This document shows, piece by piece, positions 18,868 through 28,228 of a stretch of DNA of 64,000 nt. Source of the stretch: Clostridia bacterium (lineage in GTDB: Bacteria; Bacillota; Clostridia; Christensenellales; UBA1242). Each line of letters opens with the position of its first letter. Within the stretch, counting starts at the first letter, position 1. The translations under genes and the position numbers were made by a program. The notes below the pieces were generated by a model, which saw nothing but the letters and a program-made list of their open reading frames with translations, was not told the origin of the DNA and did no database searches. Location: NCBI GenBank assembly GCA_017464845.1, contig JAFTYD010000010.1:568-64567 (forward strand). The letters run 5' to 3'.

Positions 18868-20991
18868 TTATTTTTTACATCGTTTACACTTTGTTAAATT
18901 CTTACAATTTGAACATATATTTTTATTTTTTAATCTATTTCTAATAACAAAAATTGATAATATTATTAAAAAAATAACAAAAATTACTAAAAAAACATTT
19001 AAAAAACCAAAAATTTCAATAGAAAATAAAATATTGTAAGTAACAAATGAGACAATATAAGCCACTAAAAACTGAGTAATTATTGCAAATAAAGTCCACT
19101 TTAATCCAATCTCTTTTTTCATCATTGATATTGTTGCAATACATGGAAAATATAACAAACAAAATACTAAAAAAGAAACAACTGAAGATTTTGAAACAAA
19201 ATACACAAGTGAACTTGTCTCTAATATTGAACTAGAAATTAAACCTTGAGAAGAATTCTCTATTTTATTAAACATAGCAATTGAAGTAACAACAATTTCC
19301 TTTGCTATTAATCCAGCAATTAAAGAAGCAACTATTGCCCAATTTCCAAAACCTAATGGAGAAAAAATTGGTGCTATAACTCTACCTAAACTTTCTAGCA
19401 TACTTCTTTCATTAACATTTTTTAAATAATTAAACTTAAAACTGAAATTGCTTAAAATCCAAATAATTACATTCATAGCAATAATAATTGAACCAACTCT
19501 AACAATAAAGTCTTTTATATTTTTAAAAAGTAAAATAGATATTCTTTTAATAGATGAAACTCTATAAGGTGGAAATTCCAAAATAAATGATTGATCTTTA
19601 CTTTTTAAAATTGTTTTTTCATAAATAAATGAAAGACTTATGGCTATTATCACTCCAAGAAGATATAATCCAAAAATATAAAAAATATTTAAATTCCCAA
19701 AGAATGCTCCACCTATAACTGCATAAATAGGAAACTTTGCACTACAACTCATATATGGACAGAGCAAAACAGTTTTTATTTTTGAGTTTTTATCTTCCAT
19801 ATTTCTTGCTGTCATAACTGCTGTAGTAGAACAACCAAACCCCATCAATAAAGTATAAACACTTTTACCAGAAAGACCTACTTTTGATAATATATCTTCA
19901 AAAACAAAAGCAAGTCTTGAGAGATATCCACTATCCTCCAAAATTGATAAAAAGAAAAACAAAAGAGCAACCTGTGGTAAAAAAGAAATTATACTCCCAA
20001 CACCTCCAATAAGAGCAATTTCAAACAAACCAATTATCCAAGAATTTTTATTAAATTTTTCTAAATAATTTATAATTGGTATACCAACATAATTTTCAAT
20101 AAATGCTGATAGAGAATTGGATAAAATTTTTCCAAAAGAAAAAAATGTTACATAAAAAATACCAAGTAATATTACTAAAAAAATCGGAAACGCAAAATAC
20201 TTGTTTAAAAGTATTTTATCAAGCTTATTTTCTCCATAAATTTTATCACTTCTTTTTATACATTTATTTGAAATTTCTTTAATATATTCGTATCGTAAAT
20301 TTGAAATTTTTTCAATAGTTTTTAACCCTATTTTATCTTTTAAAAATTCATTTTCACTTTGACTTAAATTTAATTTCTCCTTAATTATTTCATCATTTTC
20401 AAACAATTTAATTGAATAATAATCATAATCTTTTTTATCAATTTTTCCATTTAATATATTAAAAAACACCGAAAAATCAACTTTTTTTAAATAATTTAAT
20501 GCTTTTTTATTATTTTTCTTAACTAAAATCTTTTCATTCAACTTATCTAAATTAATTTTTTTATCAGCATTTATTTCAACAACATCTATTCCTAGTTCAT
20601 TTGAAAGTAAACTAATATCTATTTTATTTATAATATTTTTATCAATCTCATTAATAGCAAGAATTACATCAAAACCTTTTTCAATTAGTCCTAAAGTTAA
20701 GTATAAATTTCGTTGAATATTATTTTTATCACATATATTTATTACCTTATACTCACTATGAGAATACAAAAATTCTACTGCAACTTTTTCTTCAAAAGAT
20801 AATGGCGTCAAAGAATAAATTCCTGGTAAATCTATTAAGTTTATTTTTTGGTTTTTATAAGAATAAATTTTACTTTTTTCATCAACTGTAACCCCATGCC
20901 AATTCCCAACATGTTCACTACTTTTTGTCAAAGAATTAAACAATGTAGTTTTTCCAGTATTTGGATTTCCAACCAGTATTACATTTACCAT
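18868..20991 (-). CDS. feoB: Ferrous iron transporter FeoB
   Basis: 707 aa. An N-terminal G domain (GNPNTGKTTLFN) is followed by a polytopic membrane domain and a Cys-rich C-terminus (CSNCKNLTKCKRCKK). It overlaps feoA by 7 nt. Confidence 0.93.
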   Translation of the reverse strand: MVNVILVGNPNTGKTTLFNSLTKSSEHVGNWHGVTVDEKSKIYSYKNQKINLIDLPGIYSLTPLSFEEKVAVEFLYSHSEYKVINICDKNNIQRNLYLTLGLIEKGFDVILAINEIDKNIINKIDISLLSNELGIDVVEINADKKINLDKLNEKILVKKNNKKALNYLKKVDFSVFFNILNGKIDKKDYDYYSIKLFENDEIIKEKLNLSQSENEFLKDKIGLKTIEKISNLRYEYIKEISNKCIKRSDKIYGENKLDKILLNKYFAFPIFLVILLGIFYVTFFSFGKILSNSLSAFIENYVGIPIINYLEKFNKNSWIIGLFEIALIGGVGSIISFLPQVALLFFFLSILEDSGYLSRLAFVFEDILSKVGLSGKSVYTLLMGFGCSTTAVMTARNMEDKNSKIKTVLLCPYMSCSAKFPIYAVIGGAFFGNLNIFYIFGLYLLGVIIAISLSFIYEKTILKSKDQSFILEFPPYRVSSIKRISILLFKNIKDFIVRVGSIIIAMNVIIWILSNFSFKFNYLKNVNERSMLESLGRVIAPIFSPLGFGNWAIVASLIAGLIAKEIVVTSIAMFNKIENSSQGLISSSILETSSLVYFVSKSSVVSFLVFCLLYFPCIATISMMKKEIGLKWTLFAIITQFLVAYIVSFVTYNILFSIEIFGFLNVFLVIFVIFLIILSIFVIRNRLKNKNICSNCKNLTKCKRCKK

Positions 20992-21218
20992 TTTTCTACC
21001 AAAATATATTTTGCCAAAGAACTTTTTATTGACAAAATATACCCTCTTATTTCAATAAGTAAAACTCTCCTTAAAAGAGATTTTGCCTTTAACCTTACCT
21101 TCTCTCCTTTTGTTATTCCAAAATCACAAAATCTTCTACAAATTTTATATTCTAAATTTTTATCAAATCCCTTAATTTTATAATAACAATTTATCTTAAT
21201 TTCAGTTAAATTTTCCAT
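20985..21218 (-). CDS. feoA: FeoA-family protein
   Basis: 77 aa, SH3-like FeoA size and sequence (..LGITKGEKVRLK..), translationally coupled to feoB. Confidence 0.8.
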   Translation of the reverse strand: MENLTEIKINCYYKIKGFDKNLEYKICRRFCDFGITKGEKVRLKAKSLLRRVLLIEIRGYILSIKSSLAKYILVEKW

Positions 21219-21274
21219 ATATTAATCTATGGAAATATTTAAAACTTTATTACTTATATTATTGAATAAAAATT

Positions 21275-21291
21275 TTTACAAAGTTTGTAAA
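21275..21291. promoter_or_regulatory. Perfect 8-1-8 inverted repeat in the feoA/nrdR divergent region (candidate operator)
   Basis: TTTACAAAgTTTGTAAA lies 57-73 nt upstream of the feoA start and immediately upstream of the nrdR -35 element. Confidence 0.35.
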
Positions 21292-21295
21292 TAAC

Positions 21296-21324
21296 TTGAA
21301 TTTATCAATATATTGTGCTATGAT
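21296..21324 (+). promoter_or_regulatory. Sigma-A-type promoter for nrdR
   Basis: TTGAAT (21296-21301), a 17-nt spacer ending in TGC, then TATGAT (21319-21324). It lies ~29 nt upstream of the nrdR ATG with the AGGAG RBS in between. Confidence 0.55.
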
Positions 21325-21352
21325 AGTAATGTTAATACAAAGGAGTAAACTA

Positions 21353-21799
21353 ATGAAATGTATTTATTGTGGATATGAAGAAAGCAAGGTTTTAGATTCA
21401 AGAAGTACTGAAGAATCTAACGCAATTAGAAGAAGAAGAGAATGTTTAAATTGTGGAAAAAGATTTACTACATACGAAACTGTTGAATCAATTCCTGTTT
21501 TAATTAATAAAAGAGATGGCTCAAAACAACCTTTTGATATAAACAAGGTGAAAGACGGAATAAGCAAAGCTTGCGATAAAAGACCTGTAAGTTTATCTCA
21601 AATGGAACAAATTAGTGAAGAAATTGAGAAATACGTACAAAATAACTTAAAACAAGAAATATCTTCTGCAAATATCGGAAACATAATTATGGAAAGATTA
21701 AAAGCTTTAGACGAAATTGCATACATAAGATTTGCATCTGTTTTTAAGAATTTTAATAGCAAATATGATTATATAAATTTCATAAACAATTTAGATTAA
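21353..21799 (+). CDS. nrdR: Transcriptional repressor NrdR
   Basis: I moved the start to the ATG at 21353 (RBS AAGGAG). Translation begins MKCIYCGYEESKVLDSRSTEESNAIRRRRECLNCGKRFTTYE (zinc ribbon) and continues into an ATP-cone. Confidence 0.95.
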   Translation: MKCIYCGYEESKVLDSRSTEESNAIRRRRECLNCGKRFTTYETVESIPVLINKRDGSKQPFDINKVKDGISKACDKRPVSLSQMEQISEEIEKYVQNNLKQEISSANIGNIIMERLKALDEIAYIRFASVFKNFNSKYDYINFINNLD

Positions 21800-21804
21800 A
21801 AATA

Positions 21805-21831
21805 AAAAATAGTGAATTTTTCACTATTTTT
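21805..21831. terminator. Bidirectional terminator between the convergent nrdR and ylmC genes
   Basis: AAAAATAGTGAA-TTT-TTCACTATTTTT, with an A-run and a T-run flanking. It overlaps the ylmC stop. Confidence 0.65.
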
Positions 21832-22138
21832 TTTGATTTTTATGAAATTTTACATCACATATTTGAGGATTTTTAATATTATTAGGTGGAGTAACACTTG
21901 TTGTAAATAATTCAACAAGAATAGTATCTTCTCCTATTTTTCTAATTTGATTAACTGGGATAAAAAGTTCTGCGCTTGATTTAAATACCATCCAAAATGC
22001 TTTTTCGCCCGGAACCACAATTCCAAGAAAAGCACAAGTTGACAAATCAAAAACAACATCAATAATATGACCCAATTTTCTTCCATCAACAATATTTACT
22101 ACTTCTTTACATCTCAATTCTAAAAATGAACTTTCCAT
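21824..22138 (-). CDS. YlmC/YmxH-family sporulation protein (PRC-barrel)
   Basis: 104 aa. Translation begins MESSFLELRCKEVVNIVDGRKLGHIIDVVFD. It sits directly downstream of sigG, as in other spore formers. Confidence 0.85.
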   Translation of the reverse strand: MESSFLELRCKEVVNIVDGRKLGHIIDVVFDLSTCAFLGIVVPGEKAFWMVFKSSAELFIPVNQIRKIGEDTILVELFTTSVTPPNNIKNPQICDVKFHKNQKK

Positions 22139-22188
22139 AGAAATTTATATGCACAAAGAGAAAAAATAATTCACAATTTTATTAAATT

Positions 22189-22962
22189 TTAATCAATCAA
22201 TTGCTTTATTATTTTTAAAGCATTTTTTTCTAACCTAGAAACTTGAGCTTGAGAAATACCAACTTCTTCACTAACTTCCATTTGCGTTTGACCAATATAA
22301 TATCTTTTTAATAATATTTCTTTTTCTCTACCAGATAAATTTTTTATAGCTTCATATAAAGCTATTTTTTCATATAAATTTTCATCACTATCTTTATTAT
22401 CAGATATTTGATCCATAATCCTAATCGTTTCATTACCATCATTATAAATTGGCTCACTTAAAGACAAAGTCTCACTTATTGCATCTAACGCAAATGTAAC
22501 TTGAGACAAAGGCAAATCAAGATACTCTGCAATTTCTTCCAAAGAAGGTTCTGAAACATTTTTTTTACATAATTCTTCTTTTGCTTGCAAAGCCTTGTAA
22601 GCAACATCTCTAATACTTCTTGATACTCTAACTGAATTGTTATCTCTTAAGAATCTTCTTATCTCACCTATTATCATAGGAACAGCATATGTTGAAAATT
22701 TAACATTTAATGTTTCATCAAAGTTATCAATCGCTTTAAGTAGTCCAACACAACCAACTTGAAACATATCATCAGCCTTATCTCCCTTTCCACCAAATCT
22801 TTGAACAACTGACAATACCAATCTTAAGTTTGCAACAACAAATTGATCTCTTGCAAATTCATCTCCAGCTTTAACCTTTTTCATAAGTTCAACTATATCT
22901 GCATTTTTAAGTTTTGGAAGTTCTGACGTATTAATACCTGCAATAAATACTTTATTGGCCAT
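22189..22962 (-). CDS. sigG: Sporulation sigma factor SigG
   Basis: I moved the start to the ATG at 22962 (RBS AAAGGAGAA). The sequence NKVFIAGINTSELPKLKN...NLRLVLSVVQRFGGKGDKADDMFQVGCVGLLKAIDNFD...VKFSTYAVPMIIGEIRRFLRDN closely parallels B. subtilis SigG. Confidence 0.93.
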   Translation of the reverse strand: MANKVFIAGINTSELPKLKNADIVELMKKVKAGDEFARDQFVVANLRLVLSVVQRFGGKGDKADDMFQVGCVGLLKAIDNFDETLNVKFSTYAVPMIIGEIRRFLRDNNSVRVSRSIRDVAYKALQAKEELCKKNVSEPSLEEIAEYLDLPLSQVTFALDAISETLSLSEPIYNDGNETIRIMDQISDNKDSDENLYEKIALYEAIKNLSGREKEILLKRYYIGQTQMEVSEEVGISQAQVSRLEKNALKIIKQLID

Positions 22963-22983
22963 AAATTCTCCTTTGATAGAATT

Positions 22984-23012
22984 TATCTTCTCCAAACAAA
23001 ATAAAATAATGC
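22984..23012 (-). promoter_or_regulatory. Candidate forespore-type (sigma-F/G-like) promoter of sigG
   Basis: On the - strand it reads GCATT-N15-GAGAAGATA, ending ~20 nt upstream of the sigG ATG. It only partly resembles the GCATA-N15-GGnnAnAnTA consensus. Confidence 0.3.
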
Positions 23013-23061
23013 AACCCCTTAACTCAATTTACAAAACAAGTCAAAAATTATAATAAAAATA

Positions 23062-23099
23062 AAAAATTGTAAAAAAAACACATTTTTTCTACAATTTTT
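23062..23099 (-). terminator. AT-rich hairpin downstream of sigE
   Basis: 10-bp stem AAAAATTGTA/TACAATTTTT with an 18-nt loop. The stem is weak because it has a single G-C pair. Confidence 0.4.
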
Positions 23100-23109
23100 T
23101 TAAAATTAT

Positions 23110-23838
23110 TTAAATTTCTGCAACTTTTAACAATTTTTTTCTCATTTTATAAAGTATCTTTTTTTCTATTCTAGATATATAACTTTGACTAATTCCAAGT
23201 AAATCAGCAACTTCTTTTTGAGTCATCTCTTCTTTCCCCTCAAGTCCAAAACGCATAATTATTATCTCTTGTTCCCTCTTATCCAACTTAGTTAATATTC
23301 CAAGCAGCAATTGTTTTTCTGCTGAAAGCTCAATATTTTTTGATACAGAATCATCTTCCGTTGATATAATATCTGCAAGAAGCAACTCATTTCCTTCACC
23401 ATCTTTTGATAATGGTTCATCTAAACTTATTTCACTTTTTATTCGAGTATTTTTTCTAAGTTGCATCAGAATTTCATTTTCTATACACCTACTTGCATAT
23501 GTAGCAAGTTTTATGTTTTTTTCATTACTAAAAGTATTTACAGCTTTAATTAATCCAATCGCACCAATAGAAATCAAGTCTTCAATATCAATTCCAGAAG
23601 CATCAAATTTTTTTGCAATATAAACAACAAGTCTCATATTATGCTCTATAAGTTTATCTCTTGCAACTGCACTACCTTTTGCAACTTCCTCAATTAATAT
23701 CCCTTCTTCTTCTGACTCAAGTGGCATAGGTAAAGCTTCATTACCACATATAAAACATATAAAGTTTTTTATATTACTATAACCTTTTCTATGAAATAAA
23801 TTCCAAAACCAAATTTTTAATTTAAAAAATAATTTCAT
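23110..23838 (-). CDS. sigE: Sporulation sigma factor SigE (pro-sigma-E)
   Basis: I moved the start to the ATG at 23838 (RBS AAGGAGTG). A hydrophobic pro-sequence MKLFFKLKIWFWNLF.. is followed by LPMPLE...HNMRLVVYIAKKF...LISIGAIGLIKAVNTF...LATYASRCIENEILM. Confidence 0.93.
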   Translation of the reverse strand: MKLFFKLKIWFWNLFHRKGYSNIKNFICFICGNEALPMPLESEEEGILIEEVAKGSAVARDKLIEHNMRLVVYIAKKFDASGIDIEDLISIGAIGLIKAVNTFSNEKNIKLATYASRCIENEILMQLRKNTRIKSEISLDEPLSKDGEGNELLLADIISTEDDSVSKNIELSAEKQLLLGILTKLDKREQEIIIMRFGLEGKEEMTQKEVADLLGISQSYISRIEKKILYKMRKKLLKVAEI

Positions 23839-23847
23839 AATCACTCC

Positions 23848-24657
23848 TTATACTACTGCACTATGAAGCAGCACATTTCCACCAAATGATTTTTCAAATC
23901 CTGATAAAGACAATCCCAAAGAAACGTTTTCTGATATTTTTGATAAATTTTCATTTTTTACTAACAATTTATCAATATCAAAAACTAACATACTTCCACT
24001 TTTTCCTACTGTATCAAACTTAATATAATGTGCCTTATTTAACTTTTCGCAATCAATTTTATGTAACAATAATTCATTTAATTCTATATTTTGAAAAAGT
24101 TTTTCAAATATTTTAAAATTAATAAGAACAATCGGTTTTGAAGTTATAGGGTCATAAAGTAAATTCCCACTATCCAGAAAACCCTTGTCTTTAACAACTT
24201 TTCCTTTGTTTATTAATACAACATCAAAATTAAAATCTGTTATATTTTTCTTTTTATTATAGTAATTGATTAACTTTGAAATAAAAATAAAAAGTACAAA
24301 TGCAACAACAAGTAATACTAATAATGTAAGTTTACTTGTTATACATTGTATAGCATAACACCCTCCGCCATATAAAAAAGTAACCAAAACAAAAGTAGAT
24401 AAAATTAGACAAAATTTTTTTATTGTCTTAAACTTAAAAGAAAGACAAATAATAAGACTTGCAACGATAATTTTATACAACAACTCAATAATCTTTGATA
24501 AGGAAAATAATGGGCAAATTAAGGCCATTATAGAGCCAAATAAACATGATATAAAAATTAGTTTTGGTTTTTCTTTTAATACACCACCTGTATTTTTTAG
24601 TATAAAATAATCAATAATCAAATTCTCTAAAATAACATATTCAATTATTATTTTCAT
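23848..24657 (-). CDS. spoIIGA: Sigma-E processing peptidase SpoIIGA
   Basis: 269 aa. About 5 TM helices are followed by GFLDSGNLLYDP (the aspartic protease DSGN motif). It lies directly upstream of sigE. Confidence 0.9.
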   Translation of the reverse strand: MKIIIEYVILENLIIDYFILKNTGGVLKEKPKLIFISCLFGSIMALICPLFSLSKIIELLYKIIVASLIICLSFKFKTIKKFCLILSTFVLVTFLYGGGCYAIQCITSKLTLLVLLVVAFVLFIFISKLINYYNKKKNITDFNFDVVLINKGKVVKDKGFLDSGNLLYDPITSKPIVLINFKIFEKLFQNIELNELLLHKIDCEKLNKAHYIKFDTVGKSGSMLVFDIDKLLVKNENLSKISENVSLGLSLSGFEKSFGGNVLLHSAVV

Positions 24658-24838
24658 AACCCCTTCCTATTACTATTTTAGAAAAATTACTATATTTTTT
24701 CATTATAAAAAAATAAACAAAAATAAATAAGTTTATTTATTTTTGTCATATACAATATTTATAATTATTTTTATAAAAAACAACAAAAACTACAAAAATA
24801 TCAAAAAAAATCACATTTTTACATAAAAAAACAATAAA

Positions 24839-24861
24839 AAAAGAGGTTTTTAACCTCTTTT
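24839..24861 (-). terminator. Intrinsic terminator overlapping the ftsZ stop
   Basis: Stem AAAAGAGGT/ACCTCTTTT with a 5-nt loop, followed on the - strand by TTTTATTGTTTTTTT. Confidence 0.7.
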
Positions 24862-26043
24862 ATTTTTATTTCTTAATTTTTCAATCCATGGAGGAGTTGA
24901 TGTAGAAGTTCTAACTCCAACAACTGAAGTTGATTTGTTTTCATCTCTTTCAATTTCAACTTGAGTTGGATCTACTGTTGGTTCTTCTTTCTTTGTTGCA
25001 TAAATATCAATAGGATTATATGGTCTATTGTTATTTGCAAAAACACTAATAGTTGAAACAGCATCTGAAACTTCTCTCTTGTGAACATCTTCTGTTTTTT
25101 CAGTTTTGAAACCAGTTGCAATAATTGTAATTTCAACTTCATCGCTCATTTCTGGATTTAAACTACTACCAAAGATTAAGTTACAATCTTTATCAATAAC
25201 TTCTCTTACCATGCTAGCTGCTTCATTAACTTCTTTCAAAGTAATATCATTTCCACCCTTAACATTTAATACAACAGAAGTAGCTCCTTCAATTGTTGTT
25301 TCAAGAAGTGGACTTGAAACTGCTTGTCTAACAGCATCTAATGTTTTATTATCACCTTTACCAGTTCCAACACCCATATGAGCTAAACCTTTATTTCTCA
25401 TAACAGTTTGAATATCAGCAAAGTCAATATTAATAAGACCAGGGAAAACAATAAGATCTGAAATTCCTTGAATACCTTGTCTTAACACATCATCAGCATA
25501 TCTAAACGCATCATACAATGTTGTTTTTTCTGGAACAATTTGAAGTAATTTTTCATTTGGAATAACTACAAGTGAGTCAACATATTTTCTAAGTTCATTA
25601 ATACCTCTTTCAGTATTAATTTGTCTTGTTTTACCTTCAAAATTAAATGGTTTTGTTACAACTGCAATTGTTAAAATACCTAAATCTTTTGCAATTTGTG
25701 CAACAACAGGAGCAGCACCTGTTCCTGTTCCACCACCCATACCAGCAGTAATGAAAACAAGATGACAATCTTTCAATAATTCAGTTATTGATGTCTTACT
25801 TTCTTCTGCAGCTTTTTGTCCTACATCAGGATTTCCACCAGCACCAAGACCACCAGTCAATCTTTCTCCTATTTGAAGTCTTGTTTCAGCTTTGCTAATA
25901 AGTAAAGCTTGTTTATCAGTGTTTAATGCAACAAATTCAGCTGATGAAACACCAAAATCAATCATTCTGTTAACGGCATTATTACCGCCACCACCTACGC
26001 CAAACACTTTAATTTTTACTACAGATGTAAGATTATTATCCAT
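24850..26043 (-). CDS. ftsZ: Cell division protein FtsZ
   Basis: 397 aa. Contains [13 protein letters not shown] and the [11 protein letters not shown] tubulin signature. Confidence 0.98.
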   Translation of the reverse strand: MDNNLTSVVKIKVFGVGGGGNNAVNRMIDFGVSSAEFVALNTDKQALLISKAETRLQIGERLTGGLGAGGNPDVGQKAAEESKTSITELLKDCHLVFITAGMGGGTGTGAAPVVAQIAKDLGILTIAVVTKPFNFEGKTRQINTERGINELRKYVDSLVVIPNEKLLQIVPEKTTLYDAFRYADDVLRQGIQGISDLIVFPGLINIDFADIQTVMRNKGLAHMGVGTGKGDNKTLDAVRQAVSSPLLETTIEGATSVVLNVKGGNDITLKEVNEAASMVREVIDKDCNLIFGSSLNPEMSDEVEITIIATGFKTEKTEDVHKREVSDAVSTISVFANNNRPYNPIDIYATKKEEPTVDPTQVEIERDENKSTSVVGVRTSTSTPPWIEKLRNKNKRG

Positions 26044-26068
26044 TATTTTCTCCTCTCTTTTTAAAATA

Positions 26069-27184
26069 TTATTTTAATGCACTATTTAATAAGCCACACA
26101 TTGATGCATATTCAGGCTTGTCCATAGTTGGAATTGGTGGAACACCATAATTTACATGTCGATCTAAACAACTAGCAACAAAATCTTTTCCACCTTTTAT
26201 TTTTGTTATGCCAGCACCTGTCAAATAAACAGGGAAATATTTTACATTATCATTAGAATATAACTTGATACATTCATTTATTGCATTTGCAATAATTTCA
26301 AGTCTATAAGCAACAACTTCATTTGCAATATCTTGAGGCACACTTATCAATGCTTTTGAAGCAGAAGTAAATTCATAATTATACTCTTCTCCACCCTCTA
26401 AAGACATAACGATTTTCTTTTTCAAATGAAACGCATCATCAAAACTTAAATCAAACGCCTCTGAAAGATCCTTTGTTATATGCTCTCCTCCTAGTGAGAA
26501 TGAAGTCATAAAAATTATACCATTCCCTCTAACAAAAGAAATATCTGTTGTAAGAGCACCTACATTAATAACCACGCAAGTTCTTTCTCTATCTTCTGGA
26601 GATAGAATAAACAAACTTTCGCACAAAGGTTCTGATAAGTATTCTACCTGTTCTATATCATATTTTGTAAATAACTTATTTAAGAAAGAAATAAAATCTT
26701 TATCAACGGTAACAACAGAAATATCTGCACCAATTTTACTTGCTTTATTTCCAATAGGATCATAAACCTTTCTACCATCATCTAAAACATATGATATAGG
26801 AGTAACAGAAATTACTTCAACATCGTTATCTTTTATTCTTTCTTCTACATTGTCAAACAAATAAGTTAAATCTTTGTTTTTAATAATATGTATAGAATTA
26901 AAGTTGTAAACAGCAGAGGTACAAATAACATTTGAAAATTCTGCAGGGACCCCTACAAAAATTTTTGAAATTTTATTTTTATACATACTTCTAATTTGAG
27001 AGAATAAAACATCGAATGCAAGACCTAAGCGATCTTGAACAACAAATTCGCCTTCGTAATAACCTTCATAATCAACTACTTGTTTTGTAATAATATTGAA
27101 AGTACCATTAACTCCTCGGCTAGCAACAACGCCTGTAATTTTCGATGTACCTATCTCAATAATTGTAACATTATCTTTTGTCAT
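26069..27184 (-). CDS. ftsA: Cell division protein FtsA (short, 371 aa)
   Basis: Actin-like ATPase fold motifs ([35 protein letters not shown]). It lies immediately upstream of ftsZ. Confidence 0.8.
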   Translation of the reverse strand: MTKDNVTIIEIGTSKITGVVASRGVNGTFNIITKQVVDYEGYYEGEFVVQDRLGLAFDVLFSQIRSMYKNKISKIFVGVPAEFSNVICTSAVYNFNSIHIIKNKDLTYLFDNVEERIKDNDVEVISVTPISYVLDDGRKVYDPIGNKASKIGADISVVTVDKDFISFLNKLFTKYDIEQVEYLSEPLCESLFILSPEDRERTCVVINVGALTTDISFVRGNGIIFMTSFSLGGEHITKDLSEAFDLSFDDAFHLKKKIVMSLEGGEEYNYEFTSASKALISVPQDIANEVVAYRLEIIANAINECIKLYSNDNVKYFPVYLTGAGITKIKGGKDFVASCLDRHVNYGVPPIPTMDKPEYASMCGLLNSALK

Positions 27185-27207
27185 TTCTTCCTCTTGTGTC
27201 TTTAAAT

Positions 27208-27236
27208 ATTATACATTTTAGTATTTATTTTGTCAA
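27208..27236 (-). promoter_or_regulatory. Consensus sigma-A promoter for ftsA-ftsZ
   Basis: On the - strand: TTGACA (27236-27231), exactly 17 nt, then TATAAT (27213-27208). The AGAGGAAG RBS and the ATG at 27184 follow. Confidence 0.7.
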
Positions 27237-27288
27237 TGATAATTTATAAAAAAAATTATAAATATTCATTTTGTTACATACTCATAAA

Positions 27289-27319
27289 AAAACTACAAAT
27301 TGTCAAATTTTGTAGTTTT
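27289..27319 (-). terminator. Intrinsic terminator between ftsQ and ftsA
   Basis: 11-bp stem AAAACTACAAA/TTTGTAGTTTT with an 8-nt loop, followed on the - strand by TTTTTTATGAG. Confidence 0.7.
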
Positions 27320-27367
27320 ATAATCAAAAATAATTTTAAATTTTAAATCAATATTTTTTAAAATATT

Positions 27368-28228
27368 TTAATTTAATTTTAATAAGAAATAAACATCAGT
27401 TTTCTTTCTTGGAGATTCTTTTGTAATAAGATGATTATCAATAAAAATTATTGCAGAAGAAAGTTCTTCAACAGTCCAAGTTTTTCCGTTTGCATCTGTA
27501 ACTCCAACATTATCATAAATAGAAGAATAAACAGAATAAAAAAGTTGTAATTTATATTCTAAACTAAATTCTATATTATTTATTTGAACATCTCTATCAT
27601 CAAAAGTTTTAAACTTTATTCCTACTTCTTTTTTATTATTTTTTTCGTTTTTATATGAAAAAACGCTTATTTTTTTAAAAATTGATTTAATTTCATTATA
27701 ATTTCTATTATTTAATAAATTCATTGAATAAAAATTTTTCATAATTGAATATTTTAAATTAAGAAATTCTCCAGTTTTTATATCATCTTCAAACTCACAA
27801 TCAAAATCTAATTCTATAGCATTTGTTTGTAAATTTTCATATTCATTTACAATATTTAAAACTTTAAATTCTTCATCACAAATTAAATATTTTCCATCAT
27901 AAGAAATTGCGTATAATTCCTGTCTCTCTTTTGCATGAATAATAAACTTATTTGGAAATTTTGTTTCTATGTTTATTACTTTTAAATATGGATTATTTTT
28001 TTCAAGTCTATTTATATATTTTTTCTTGTTTGAAAAAAGCACACTTGATTTATAATTAAACTTTCCACTTTTAACAATTTCTTCTTCCGAAGCAGTTATG
28101 TTATTTAAACTTGTCCTAAAATCTATTTGAACAGTTGATAAAGAAAAAAGCGTGAAAATAAGGATTATTAAAGTTAAAATAATCCCTAATCCAACACTTA
28201 ATCCAATAATCAATTTTTTATTTTTCAA
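27368..28228 (-). CDS. ftsQ: FtsQ/DivIB-like cell division protein
   Basis: 286 aa with a single N-terminal TM helix (LIIGLSVGLGIILTLIILIFTLF). It sits between murA and ftsA. The sequence is divergent, so the call rests mainly on position and topology. Confidence 0.55.
   Translation of the reverse strand: MKNKKLIIGLSVGLGIILTLIILIFTLFSLSTVQIDFRTSLNNITASEEEIVKSGKFNYKSSVLFSNKKKYINRLEKNNPYLKVINIETKFPNKFIIHAKERQELYAISYDGKYLICDEEFKVLNIVNEYENLQTNAIELDFDCEFEDDIKTGEFLNLKYSIMKNFYSMNLLNNRNYNEIKSIFKKISVFSYKNEKNNKKEVGIKFKTFDDRDVQINNIEFSLEYKLQLFYSVYSSIYDNVGVTDANGKTWTVEELSSAIIFIDNHLITKESPRKKTDVYFLLKLN

Noticed and set aside
20848-21567. Track ORFs 20848-21183 (+) and 21364-21567 (-).
   Set aside because: They are antisense to feoB/feoA and to nrdR respectively, both of which are confidently identified.
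25106-26077. Track ORFs 25106-25381 (+) and 25892-26077 (+).
   Set aside because: They are antisense to ftsZ.
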